From NCBI GenBank assembly GCA_951406725.2, contig OX597815.1:18290001-18354000 (forward strand): DNA of 64,000 bases, given 5' to 3'. Numbering within the stretch: the first letter of the stretch is position 1; every line of letters starts with the position of its first letter. This document shows positions 27,606 through 41,062 of the stretch, piece by piece. Source of the DNA: Octopus vulgaris. Taxonomy: Eukaryota. Under the pieces are notes generated by a model. The model was not told the origin of the DNA, made no database searches, and was given only the letters and a program-made list of their open reading frames with translations. Made by a program: the position numbers and the translations under genes.

Positions 27606-27970
27606 CCACACTGCGTGGCACCTTGGGCAAGTGTCTTCCTCTATAGCCTCGGGCTGACCAAAGCCTTGTGAGTGGATCTGGTAGACAGAAGCTGAAAGAA
27701 GCCTGTCGTATATATGTATATGTGTATATGTATGTGTGTTTATATGTTTGTGTGTCTGCGTTTGCCCCCCCCCCCCAAATCGCTTGACAACCGATGCTGG
27801 TGTGTTTATGTCCCCGTAACTTAGCGGTTCGGCAAAAGAGACCGATAGAATAAGTACCAGGCTTACAAAGAATAAGTCTTGGGGTCGATTTGCTCGATTA
27901 AAGGCGGTACTCCAGCATGGCCGCAGTCAAATGACTGAAACAAGTAAAAGAGTAAAAGAGTAAAAGAGAG
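27606..27970 (+). mobile_element. SINE family B (CORE-like), 5' truncated
   Basis: GGCACCTTGGGCAAGTGTCTT resembles the CORE-SINE domain; internal microsatellite; (GTAAAAGA)n tail. Confidence 0.88.
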
Positions 27971-28734
27971 ACTCACGCGTTCCTACACGCTCGCACACAC
28001 TCCCCCAGGTGCATTCACGCATTTTTGCCCCCTCATCCATATATCAACTTTATACCGTTACACGGACTCACGGCTTCACAACACGTCTACAATAAAGAAA
28101 TGTGGTCTAAGAATGAAATCAATATTCTCATAACTGCATAGTTTTGTTTTTCCCACACTGAAATCATAGACGCTCCTTGTTACCATAGACGTCACTTTGC
28201 GGATCATTAACGAGCTATGGTCATATTCATTATCGTGTCCCGAAAGCCTGTCGCAGCCCGCTCAAAGTAACGACACCGTAGTACGTGTAACTCAAGCGCA
28301 ACAGTGTAGCTCGCCAACTTTCTTAGTCGTATTTGATAAAGCGTACGTGATCAGGCTGCCGATTTCTTCACGCTTCACCGTGTTGTCCGTTTCAGTGGTT
28401 GGTGACGTGAAGTGCTGCTGCTGCAGTGCATTGCATCGTTAGCGGTTCGCGTCGCATTATAAGCATTTGCGGCTGTTGCTTCTACACTTGTTTCTCTTTT
28501 GCTCTTCGTCGTTGCGTGTCCACCATGAAGTAGTGTGCCGATCCTCAATTTCCTGTTTTTTCCGAAGATACTCAAGGGTGCTAGTCGGCTTGCACTAATA
28601 TCGATTGAACTTTGATCAACGCCGTCATTAAGATGAACACACACACACACACACACACATTTATATATAAACTGTATATATATTTCTAATATGATTGTAC
28701 ATAGGCTACAAATTAGAGCTGGCAAATAAGAGCC

Positions 28735-29102
28735 GGCGTAGGAGTGGCAGTGTGGTAAGTAGCTTGCTTACGAACCACATGGTTCCGGGTTCAGTCCCGC
28801 TACGTGGAACCTTGGGCGAGTATCTTCTACTATTGCCTTGGGCTGACCAAAGCCTTGTGTAGACGGAAACTGAAAGAAGCCCGTCGTATATATATATGTA
28901 TGTGCTTGCCCCCCAAATCTCGCTCAATGCTGGTGTGTTTACGTCCCCGTAACCTAGCAGTTCGGCAAAAGAGACAGATAGAATAAGTACTAGGCTTACA
29001 AAGAATAAGTTCTGGGGTCGATTTGCTCGACTAAAGGCGGTGCTCCAGCATGGCCACAGTCAAATGACTGAAACAAGTAAAAGAGTAAAAGAGTAAAAAG
29101 AG
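28735..29102 (+). mobile_element. SINE family B (CORE-like), full length
   Basis: tRNA-like head GTGGCAGTGTGGTAAG..GGTTCAGTCCC; (GTAAAAGA)n tail. Confidence 0.9.
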
Positions 29103-29149
29103 AAATAAAACCAAACCTAATCATTCAGAATATATATATTACAGATAAA

Positions 29150-29565
29150 AGGCGGCGAGCTGGCAGAAACGTTAGCGCGCCGGGCGAAATGCTTAGCGGT
29201 ATTTCGCCTGTCGTTACGTTCTGAGTTCAAATTCCGCCGAGGTCGACTTTTCCTTTCATCCCTTTGTGGTCGATAAATAAAGTACCAGTTTCGCACTGGG
29301 GTCGATGTAATCGACTTAATACCTTTGTCTGTCCTTGTTTGTCCCCTCTATGTTTAGCCCCTTGTGGGCAATAAAGAAATAGGTATTTCGTCTGCCATTA
29401 CGTTCTGAGTTCAAATTCCGCCGAGGTCGACTTTGCCTTTCATCCTTTCGGGGTCGATTAAATAAGTACAAGTTACGCACTGGGGTCGATATAATCGACT
29501 TAATCCGTTTGTCTGTCCTTGTTTGTCCCCCCGTATGTTTAGCCCCTTGTGGGAAGTAAAGAAAT
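29150..29565 (+). mobile_element. SINE family A, dimeric
   Basis: Head plus two bodies; TSD ATATATATTACAGATAA on both sides. Confidence 0.92.
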
Positions 29566-30364
29566 ATATATATATATTACAGATAATAACCAGTTGAAGC
29601 AGTGATCAGGTTGGCATGTTCGTGTGCAGCATTTTACTTTCTTGGATCATATACTACTCTAACTGCTAGCGTAAGCTAATAATTTCTGGTTTCTAGTATG
29701 AAATATTTTATACATTCCTATGGAGGAAAAGTAATAAGGCAAAACGAAGCAGACAATTTCGCCTTCCAAATTGCATGTATTACATTTCATTCCCAAGCAT
29801 ATGGTATAATCTGTTATATACTACGTGAATAGATTGGCTATAACTTATATGTCATGTCATGAAAGACTGACATATACGTATTCGACGTGTATGGTGTTAT
29901 TGTCAATTTCATTAGAAGCGAGAGAGTGTGAGGAATATAATCGACGTTACGTTTGTAGATTATTATGGGAAAAAACACTCAACAAAACAAACTACTAAAC
30001 TAACAAAAAAAAAAAAATTCTAATTTCTTCGCTATTTTTATATCAAACGTGGACATAACCGTATACAAATGAACGTTCAGATATTCCATTATATAAAATT
30101 ATCCTTCCTAACTTCAACATGTAGGCATTTGAGTGCAATCAATAAACTACTGCTAATAATCTCCTTACTGACTTCATCGGAAGCACCGAAGAACACGAAT
30201 TCTGCTTCGCAGAAGCATTAATACCAAATAGGCAAATCAATTCTTGGTCCTTTTACCTTCTTATTAAATCATTTATTGAAACAAGAGTTAAAAGGTACAT
30301 ATGTTTCTGTAAAACAGCTGGATAACTCGAGTTTCCAAATAAAAATTCTAATTGCATTTTTGTT

Positions 30365-30399
30365 TATTTATATATATACTGTGCTATATATATATATAT

Positions 30400-30486
<87 letters not shown>

Positions 30487-30635
30487 GTGTGTGCATATAT
30501 ATGTGCAAGTGTGTATGTGCTTTATATATATATATATATATATATACATATATATACATATATATATATATATTTATATATATGTATATATATATATATA
30601 TATACATATATATATTTGTATGTATGTATTCACAC

Positions 30636-30716
<81 letters not shown>

Positions 30717-30741
30717 TATATTTGTATGTATGTATTCACAC

Positions 30742-30799
<58 letters not shown>

Positions 30800-30872
30800 T
30801 TATATATATATATATTTATATTTATATATATATATATACGTGTGTGCATATATATGTGCAAGTGTGTATGTG

Positions 30873-30921
<49 letters not shown>

Positions 30922-30946
30922 TATATACGTATGTATGTATTCACAC

Positions 30947-30980
<34 letters not shown>
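30365..30980. repeat. long compound (TA)n array with duplicated spacers
   Basis: Spacers CGTGTGTGCATATATATGTGCAAGTGTGTATGTGCTTT (x2) and GTATGTATGTATTCACACATTT (x3). Confidence 0.95.
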
Positions 30981-30984
<4 letters not shown>

Positions 30985-32203
30985 AATATTTTGTGAACAA
31001 TTAAAATTAAAAAGTTTGGGATGCATACGACGCAATGTATGCACAAATTTTACATCTAGATTAGATTTTTGCCGTTAATGGATGGCAGATTTAATTGTAA
31101 ATAAATCTTTCAGAATCTTTTTTTTATAAGAAATATTGTTTTGAACATTTTGTGAAAATAATCCCCATTATCACGGTAAATATTGTCACAATATTTTGAT
31201 TTCAGATTTATCTTTTATCCATTACTTTTTTTATTGAATTTAACTGTAATATAAATATTGACAAAAATCATGAATTATTTATAATTAGTAGAATGACGGA
31301 TTTAGGGAAGATAAACAAATCACTAAATTGTATAATATCCTTCATGGACACAGGATGAATCGCTAAAACGTTAAATGGATTTCAATAAACAGCTAAAACG
31401 CTGTTAAAATGCAAGAAAATAATCGATTAGACACTTGTTCAATGTAGATCAATAATCAATAGGAAGCTTTTTAATGAGTATTTATTTTTAGCGTTCGTTT
31501 ATATTTGTTTTCACATAAAAAAAAAAAAATGTCTTGTGTTCAGGCATCTTCAAGATATTTGCTCGTTGAAGCGAAGACAGTTGCTAAGCAACTTGGCAGC
31601 TAAGCTGGGGTAACATTCAAAGTCAATCTTCTATTTGGATTTTTAATCCAGCATTAGATTACCTTCACTTTATTCAATGGAGTGGAAGAGGACAGACGAA
31701 AACATGAATGAATGTAAACATTAATGAGTACGAAACTACGGATTACGTGGTCAATTGTATAAAGTGGCTCTGTTTAGTAAATATTTACATATTCTAATAT
31801 TAGTGGCCAGTGTGAAACCCAGCCTGTACATCCTGTTCCCGAAAGTACTTGTAATATGGCTAAACGAAGGTTGCCTTTTATTTTCTCTTTATTGAATTTG
31901 GTTTTGCTTACTTAGCTCTTTGTCTATACTATAATAAAGTATTTATGAACAGTACAGTGAAGATGTAAAAATCATAAAAACTTTGAATTATTTGAATTCT
32001 TTAGTCATCATTTGTTTGAAACTGTTGTCGAGGAAAGCAACATTTTCCATATAACAGCATTTTATTCAGGTTGAGATGACATCCAACTAAATAAAAATCA
32101 TTTATTCGTCCTCATTTCTATCAAGAATAGACATAACCACATACAAAGCTGTTGGGAACGTTCTGTTTTAAAAACGTTTTACCCTAGGTACTGAAATGTT
32201 ATA

Positions 32204-32547
32204 AAAGGGGTAAAGACCCCCTTCGGTCATGAATGACCATGGGATTGCACCTAGAAAGTTACCCTCCTAAGACACAAGTCCGGGCAAGGTTCTTTATGGA
32301 AGACCAGCAGTCGCCCATGCATACCAGCCTCCCCTCTCCACGCCACCAGTGTTATCCAAGGGAAAGACAAAGGTCGATACAGCTTGGCACCAGTGACGTC
32401 GCAACTCATTTCTACAGCTGAGTGAACTGGAGCAACGTGAAATAAAGTGCTTTGCTCAAGAACACAACACGCAGCCCGGTCCGGGATTCGAGCTCACAAC
32501 CTCACGATCGTAAGCTCGACGCTCTAACCACTGAGCCATGCGCCTTC
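32204..32547 (-). mobile_element. tRNA-derived SINE (family F), full length
   Basis: Minus head GAAGGCGCATGGCTCAGTGGTTAGAGC..GCTCGAATCCC; 14 bp TSD ACTGAAATGTTATA at 32190 and 32548. Confidence 0.9.
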
Positions 32548-33428
32548 ACTGAAATGTTATAGATTAGATATTAATAAGTGAAATATGGAGGTGTAAAGTT
32601 TGGGGTCAACTGGTTTACTAATTCTTAAGAAACTAGATAAAAAAATAGTGAGATTTACAAGTTCATGTCACCGTGACATATATGTTAGGTTTAATATTAA
32701 TGGAATTAGATGAGAAATGAAAAATGGAGAAAGAAATTGAATATTCCTTCATCTTATGTGAGCAATTATTTGTTCATTACGTATAAATTGCTAGCACTGA
32801 AATGTAAAGAGAAAAATCCCCTTTGAGATTTCCATAAATTTCCTCAGAAAGATAATAATTCCAGTGTAAAATGATGGCTTCTCGCATACTCAGAATATCT
32901 CTAAGTTTTTTTCATCCAGGAGAAATAAGCTATTGGAAAGTCCATGTAGTTCACAAGGTTTAGAGGTGGACTTCCTTATAAATTTAATCTTGAATAAATA
33001 AGGGTAAGATTTTCAGCTCACCAATGGGGATTTTATTAGATTCGGTCAATCTAGAGAAAATAGAAATGATAGAAACGTTCTAGATAAAAGTATTTCATAT
33101 TCTACTCTAAAATGGAAGGTGTAAAGAAAAACCAAATTGCTTTAGTTACCCATTTCATCTCATTCCATTCGATTTCATTTAATATTCGGGGTTTCTAAAT
33201 AATAGAAAACGTAGCAACGTACATTCGGAACACAAAGCAGTATTTTGTATGGTTGCTGGTCTTAACGTGTATATGGCAGTTTGGTGAGTCAGACAAGGCA
33301 ATAAACTGTCAAACTCTGAATCCCGCAAAATTAATCTCTAAGCGGAACAGGGAAAATATGCAACATTCGAAATGTTACTCTATGGTTCTGTTATAATTTA
33401 GATTTCTTTGGTTATTATTAAAAAAAAA

Positions 33429-33755
33429 CATACATACATACATACATACATACATACATACATACATACATACATACATACATACATACATACATACATA
33501 CATCCATCCATCCATCCATCCATCCATCCATCCATCCATCCATCCATACATGCATACATACATACATTCATACATTCATACATACATACATACATTCATA
33601 CATACATACATACATACATACATACATACATACATACATACATACATACATACATACATACATACATACATACATACATACATACATACATACATACATA
33701 CATTCATACATACATACATACATACATACATAATACATACATACATACATATATT
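33429..33755. repeat. (CATA)n/(CATC)n microsatellite
   Basis: Direct reading. Confidence 0.95.
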
Positions 33756-33779
33756 CATATACACAGGGATATATGCTTC

Positions 33780-34110
33780 TCCACCTGCTTTCACGGCGAG
33801 GCCTCTGTTGTTCAATTGATTGAATTACTTGCTCATTGAATTAGCAAATAAACAGCTTACTATTCCACAGACATATACACCTCGAGTGTGATTCTCAGGT
33901 AGAATCAGCGTGACACAATATGTGACGAGGTTGTACATTTCAGTCACAGGTACATACAATAAGGCTTCTGTACAGTTTCCGTGTACTCAGTTTCTCTCAG
34001 AAGATAAAAGCCAGCCTGGGGATAGTGGAAATGACTTTGCCCAAGATGCAACGCAATGGGATCGAATCCGAAATCTCGTGGTGACCGAACGAACTTCGTA
34101 ACCATTCAGT
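33780..34110 (-). mobile_element. old diverged SINE with family C-like 3' part and family B-like head
   Basis: TCAGCGTGACACA..GTGACGAGG..CAGGTACA (C-like) followed by CTTTGCCCAAGATGCAACGCAATGGGATCGAA (B-like). Confidence 0.55.
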
Positions 34111-34996
34111 CATACATGTATATATACATACACGCATCTCGTAAAATATACTGATTTATATAAAACTGAATTGAGTGAAGACACTCTTCTCTCCTTGATA
34201 TATACTAATTGTTATTTTTCTTTAACTTCAATGAAAATTTGACGCCTATAAAATTCTATCTTCGTGAACGTATTCTGTGGAAGGTAACTGGAAAAAAAAT
34301 CCATCATAAATAGTCTCCATAAATTTCTTTCAAGCATCACAGTTAATCCCAGATCAATACCTCTTGATCAGTCGTATTGGCAAAGGTATTCCGGTCGTGA
34401 CAATCTTATTTTTAAAGGATATATTGGATAGACGTTGCATAATGCATGCTTTCTTTATATAGAGAAATAAGGTGAGATTTAAGTGAAATTTGCTGTGTTT
34501 TTAGTAGCCCAGGCTATCACGTAAAGGCTACTTCATGGCGTTGCTGAAGGTCCATCGATCGCTCACTTTCCTCTTTATATTCATATGATCCTATCATATG
34601 CCTTCATCTCAACCATATGCAAACTTAATACCACTTAGCATTCATGCTCATTTTCCTGAACACAGATTTGGGTGATGTTTGCAATCGAAACGTAATCGAT
34701 ATTTACAACCAAAAAATTGAAATAGTTTCGCAATGCTAAACTCCAGTCGATTGAGGAGAATACACACCCTAAATACCCAAACATTCGCTATCAATACTGG
34801 GATCCAGTAACTCTAATGATCATCTGAAGCGATCACATATCTACGAAATGTCAGCTTGCCTACATGCTAACAAACAATATATATTTGCCTTCCAAGGGGG
34901 GGGGGGATATATCAGTGGTTGATTGCTAAATAGAAATTCATTCGATTTCGTTTACATATCTGGCACAATGCCGATGGTATTCATATGAACCTTCCA

Positions 34997-35228
34997 AGGC
35001 GGCGAGCTGGCAGAAACGTTAGCACGCCAGGCGAAATGCGTAGCCGTATTTCGTCTGCTGTTACATTCTGAGTTCAAATTCCGCCGAGGTCGACTTTGCC
35101 TTTCATCTTTTCAGGATCGATAAATTAAGTACCAGTTACGCACTGGGGTCGAGGTAATCGAATTAATCCGTTTGTCTGTCCTTGTTTGTCCTCTCTGTGT
35201 TTAGCCCCTTGTGGGTAGTAAAGAAAAA
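34997..35228 (+). mobile_element. SINE family A monomer
   Basis: Full length; TSD GGTATTCATATRAAC on both sides. Confidence 0.92.
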
Positions 35229-35409
35229 GGTATTCATATAAACATTTCGGGCTGCGTTCAGGAAAGCAACATTTCATTTCTAAAGTTAACGGAAGCATTT
35301 GCCTTCGTGTAAGACACTCCTACATTGCTCCTCTCCGCCAATTCAAACTCATAACAAACAGTTTTCCCCAGTTATTTTTACTCGGAACCTCCACTATATC
35401 ATACATAAA

Positions 35410-35615
35410 GAGCTGACAGATTCGTTAGAATGCCGCGCAAAATGTTCAGCAGTATTTCGTCCCTCTTTACGTTCTGAGTTCAAATTCCACCGAGGTCGAC
35501 TTTGCCTTTCATCATTTTGGGGTGGATAAAATAAATACCAGTGGGGTACTAAGGTCGATGTAATCGACTTATCCCCGCCCGGAAATGCTTTGCCTTGCGG
35601 CAAAATTTGAAACCG
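35410..35615 (+). mobile_element. SINE family A variant, diverged
   Basis: GAGCTGACAGATTCGTTAG..CTGAGTTCAAATTCCACCGAGGTCGACTTTGCCTTTCATC. Confidence 0.8.
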
Positions 35616-35640
35616 ATATTATACATACATACATATGTAC

Positions 35641-35714
<74 letters not shown>

Positions 35715-35769
35715 CACACACACACACATATATATATATATCATGTAATTTCAGGAAAAGTTCATTGAG

Positions 35770-37090
35770 CAGAATCTTTCTCTAAACTATAGCTTTGTTG
35801 ATTTAAACAAGGCATTCGATACTGTGAATTGAAATGCTTTGTGGCTAATTCTTAGGAAAATAGGTTACCCTGAAAAATTTATAAACCTGATCATGGTTTT
35901 GCATCAGGATATGAAGGCTAGATTTAATTTTGTGGTCGGCTTTCTGAATCTTTTGCTGTGGAAAAATGGAGTAAAGCATGGAGACCTTGATGCACTAGTC
36001 ATCCTTGAAATATACTTTGCTGTTTCACTGTCACACGCTTTTCAAAACTCCGAATAGGGTATTTACATAAAATATCGAACACAAAATGTTTTTAATCTGA
36101 CCAGACCGAAATTCAGACAAAGATCTTTACTTCACTCCTTACACGCTGACGATTGTGATCTAGTCAGTCACTCTGAAACGAGCCTGCAATCTCTTTTATT
36201 TGCATTTGACTCAGCTTGTGGCGATTTTTGCTTGACCAACAACTTGAAAAAAATTGTGGTATTGTATCAACCTGCGTTGGTGCTGCTTGCAACTCACCTA
36301 AAATTTTCGTCAAGGGTAAGTTACTTGAGGTTGTTGGCGCTTTCATCTACCTCGGAAGCTCTGTACAAAATGAAGGAAATCTGGATGCAAAAATGATCTG
36401 CAAATTCAAAGGGCAGCGCAAGCATTTGATGGTTTGAAGCCACGCGTTTGGCACCAACGACATATAAATAATAACACAAAATTTGGACTTTATAAATCAT
36501 TTGTCTTACCATCCTTGTTGTATTCTTCTGAGGTGTTATGAAAGACTTTATAAATTGTTAGAACGATTCAACCAAAAATGCCTTTGTCAATTTCAAACAT
36601 TAAACGGGGCACTTTTACTCGAGACACGGATGTCTTTGTCTCTGCAGGCATCACTTCAATTAAATCAATGATTCTGAAAATTCAAATGAGATGGTCTGGC
36701 CATATTGTTCGAATGGCGGATGAACGCACACCCAAACAGTTGTTTTATGGCGAGCTTGCAGAGAGAAAACGCAATCGGTGTAAACCTAAAAAATGGTTTA
36801 AGGGCGGCACAAAGACTTCCATGAAGTCACTTGGAATGGATCCAAAGGCGATAGAAACTCTTGCTACGGATCAAGCTGCATGATGAACAAAAGTGTGCTG
36901 TGGAGTAAAAGATTTTTGAGGCGGCCAGGATGACACATTAAAGACTCAAGAGAGATTTAAAGGAGAATATTGCGTTCGAGAAGGTGAAGCTCAGTGACCT
37001 TTTTGTGTGCACAGTTTGTAACAGACCATGCCTTTCTTTTGATGAGCTGAAATCTCGCTTGTGAATCCATGAAAATGAACCTCCACTAAT
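35770..37090 (+). pseudogene. RTE-clade LINE RT and C-terminal remnant
   Basis: AFVDLNKAFDTV, GVKHG, ADDC, FIYLGS, MRWSGHIVRMADERTPKQLFYGEL, terminal CTVCNRPC zinc-finger remnant; many frameshifts. Confidence 0.9.
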
Positions 37091-40069
37091 TACTCTGTTT
37101 ACATATATGTGCACGTAGTATCTTTGCTAATGAGATGAGAATACAGCCTTGATGAGCATGGTACTAAAAAATTTAAAAAATAAAAAGATGAAACCAAATA
37201 CATCGAAGTGAAAGCCTCTTCAGGGGAGGACGGAGTTAGCTCTTTTGAATGGTCCTAATTTTGTCTAAAATGGGTCAGTCTATGTACGTTGTCCATTCAC
37301 CAACCTTTAAGCGAAGCAGTCCACGTTTCCAACACGAAATTTCTTTGTGGTGGGTACCAACTAAACACTTCACTTTTTGAATTTTTAGAAGGTCCTCGGT
37401 ACAAGTGAGACCTTCTTTTTGCCAAATTTCATTTTCATCAACTTTAAGTTCCAGTTAAAACCACTTCTACAAGTGTTATCTAGCATTGTTTCTCTTCAAT
37501 AACAAACAATGATGTTTTCACAATCACCGACTTCGATGACTGATTTTGAGCATAGGAATCAATTGCACAGATTAGTGAGGCCTGATTTGACTACGGACAT
37601 TACCTGTCATCAATCCAAGAATCAATAACATATGAAATGAAAACAAATGCCCAAATGAGGAGATCAAAAGGAATCATATTCGTGGGATGATTAGATAGCG
37701 ATTTGTCGTCAAGAATAAAACAACTTACTTAGCCTTAAATAAGCCACCATTATTGCAAGAAATTACTAATCAGTGCAAATAATAAAGAAATTAGCATCGT
37801 TTCATTACAGAACAACTCAATATGAAGGTATAAATTACAAGAGAGAGAAAGTAAAGTAGGGTAAATATTTATTTGTATTTCAAAATGAATCTGAGAAAAA
37901 GTCATTATTTCAAATGGTTGAATACGAAGTCGTTTGCCTGGGGGAAAGGTAAGGGTTGTTAGGAGCTTCTTATGAAAATCAATAAGGACAATGGAAGTAT
38001 AATTGAAAACAGAAGATAATCGGAATTATATTTCTGTGCTTTAATGACCAATGACTGATAAGTAGCAAAATTATAGTTATTCATCGAAGTATTTATCACT
38101 AATATTAACATCTTATAATAATGATTTACGGAGGTTTTTCAAAGTAAAAGATTTATTACAAAGCCATATTAGTTTATCATTCTGAAATGTCTAAAATAAG
38201 GATCAGTAATATATTGCTTAATTTAACAGGCGAGTTACAAATAAAATGGTGCATGTAACTACAAATTATGGATGGTTATGTGGTACCCGCGAATTCCATT
38301 TCTGATACTTGACAATAAATAAAAATGGTATATTTGATACGTCTTGAAATTTATTTGTATCTATCTTTATCGATCATAAGTTAGAATAATCATTGACATA
38401 AAAAAAAATATATGATTACAAAAAAACTATCTTAGCTGAAATATAAGTAAAACTCTATAACAAGAATCAGTTTGAAGGAAAAAGGCAATTTCCTTTTTGG
38501 TTTTCTTATTCAAAAAATATGTATGTGTTAACTAAAGCCATTGACGTAAGTGTGACGTCACCTAACAGGATGTCAGTCAATACGCTTAGACGTACTTTCT
38601 GCTAGAACTGTTGTCGCTTGATGATTATGGCAGCGATATTGGTTATTTGGCATACGGCCATTATCTAGCTGAGACACCAATAATCAGCACTAAGTTGCTA
38701 ACTAGTTATAATTCACATAATTAAATAGAAAGCCTGGCATCTTCAGACCAGGTGTACATTTTAATATATCGTGAGACAGAAAAAAAAGAGAGAAATATTT
38801 CCTTATAGAAATATTAAAAACAGTGTGATGTAAATATTGTTTATCACAGACCAGAAACATTCGGTTTTAGAAGAGTTTGTCTAAAACTAATCATGATGCT
38901 CAAAATGTAGTGATTTGTTAAGGAAGCACAAATACACTTTATATGGCAAACTAAAATCTTTTCATAAATCCAGATTATCATGATTGAGGAGAGGAAAACA
39001 CAGGATCGATGCTTAAACTACATCACCGAAAGAGGGATGAGAATACTAAATCTTAAAGAATAAAAAAAATCGTAATAGATTAACCACAGCAAAATCTCAA
39101 TTAAATTGGAAGGGGAAATTCACTTGATTTTTGGAGAAAAGGATCGGAAAAACCTATTCGAAAAATAGGTCGAAAAGTGTCTCTCGGCGAAAATGTCAGA
39201 GCCCTTTCTTGTACACATATCGATCTTTAACATAAGGGCAAAGGGTTCCTTTGTTGGTGAGGGTTACTGTCTAATCAATCAACGAAGTGCATGACTGTTA
39301 TTTATTTTTACCTACATTGTAAGGTTATAGGTGTGTATATATAGGTATATACATACATACGTATATACTCCTATAACTGTATATACGTATGCAACTAAAA
39401 GCTAATATTCTGTTAGTTCTGCAATGATTAATCAGAGCACGTTAATCAAGATTAATTAAGTAAATGAATAAGTAACATTGGAATTTATCAATCCCCTCAT
39501 TCCTATAATGTAACAAATAAAACAGTAATATAACGCAACAAATACTTGTTTTGAACAATCTCAGCCACTGTTCTTGACAGGGTCGTACGTCGTGCTGCAC
39601 ACCTGCTCTTTGGTACTACACAAGCCTGTTTTCCCAGTACCAGCTGTTATGAACGAGGTAGCTAAGTTTAATGATACCTTTCGAATAGAAATACATTTTA
39701 ACTATTCCTCAATATACACACACATTTTCCTAGCCACCTTACTGACTGACATATTCTGGTTTCATCTACTTTACATTCCTTAAAATGCTGGTCATTCTGA
39801 TTATAAATTTCTCCTGTAGATGATCCTATGTTTAATTAACATGTCACTGCTTGCTTGTATATTTGGTAAGATTGTTGTGTGGAGAGTTACTTAACGCATT
39901 ACATATAATATAGATGTTGTGCATACTACTTGCCTAAGTACAACATATTTACGCCACAATAAAAACTTTTCATGAAATAATTGTAATACAAGGAGACATA
40001 ATTGTAATAAAAGTCGGAGGAGGGCCGGGATAACTTGCTATAAAATTGAGTTCGATTTTAATGGTTTTC

Positions 40070-40342
40070 CAAAGACAAAAGAGCATATTCGGCATATTTT
40101 GCTTTATGAGTTCAATAAAGCAACAACGCAACAGAAAGTGCGAGGAATATTAATGCAGTATGTAAGGATCGGAGAATAAGCGTAAGTCAGTGTCAACAGT
40201 GGTTCCAGAAATTCCGAGCCGGAAACAACCTAGAAGACAAGCCCCCTCCTGGAAGATCTGTAGAGCTCAACGAGGACGTCCTGCAAACCCTGGTGGAACA
40301 AAATCCCATCGTAACTGTTGATGAAGTGGCAGAGAAGCTTGG
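40070..40342 (+). pseudogene. mariner transposase N-terminal HTH fragment
   Basis: KEHIRHILLYEFNK/NNATESARNINAV..VSQCQQWFQKFRAGNNLEDKPPPGRSVELNEDVLQTLVEQNPIVTVDEVAEKLG with a frameshift; truncated at 40343. Confidence 0.88.
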
Positions 40343-40668
40343 AGAAATTGATATTAATCAATTAAAACCAGTGGCATAGCATATTTTAAAAAAATCCGAA
40401 GATTATAATTTTTTTTACATACAATGCTATGCTGATGATCTTGCAGATGTTTACGTATCCATATACGCAAATATTAACTAGTGAAACTAATTAGTATATA
40501 GGTAATCGTTTTTTCGTATATTTGCATTTGTCTTGCTTATTTTTACACTTTGTTTTTTGGCTGAAGTTTTTCTTGAGAACAGATTCTTCGTGGAAAATGG
40601 CGATTTTATCTTCGGAAATTTTAAAAATATGCTAGGCCACTGGTTTTAATTGATTAATATCAATTTCT
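40343..40668. mobile_element. MITE-like foldback with ~61 bp terminal inverted repeats
   Basis: AGAAATTGATATTAATCAATTAAAACCAGTGGC.. (40343-40403) is the reverse complement of 40608-40668 with few mismatches. Confidence 0.75.
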
Positions 40669-40879
40669 ACCCTTATTTAATTTTAAATAAAAATGTTCTA
40701 TAACCGGTAAATTGACTGCTGTAGTTTATTAACTGGAGAGTAATTTCCGATCTCAACGCGCCAAAGTGAAGGCATTTGAAAGGATACACATAAATATAAT
40801 TTGTGGAACTTTATACATGCTGGATTGCGATTGAGCGTCCTGTATCTAGTTCTGGAAATTGTATTTTGTAAATGACAGA

Positions 40880-41062
40880 CTATGCTGATGATCTTGCAGA
40901 TGTTTATGTATCCATAGACGCAAATTAACAAGTGAAACTAATTGGTACATAGGTAATCGTTTTTTATTTCGTATATTTTCATTTGTCTTGCTTATTTTTA
41001 CACCTTGGGTTTTTGCTGAATTTTTTCTTGAGAACACATTCTTCGTGGAAAATGGCGATTTT
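40880..41062. repeat. direct repeat of 40427-40606
   Basis: CTATGCTGATGATCTTGCAGATGTTTA...TTCTTCGTGGAAAATGGCGATTTT in both copies. Confidence 0.9.

Noticed and set aside
30365-30980. CRISPR-like repeat/spacer appearance
   Set aside because: Repeats are variable TA tracts, spacers are duplicated, eukaryotic context, no cas genes
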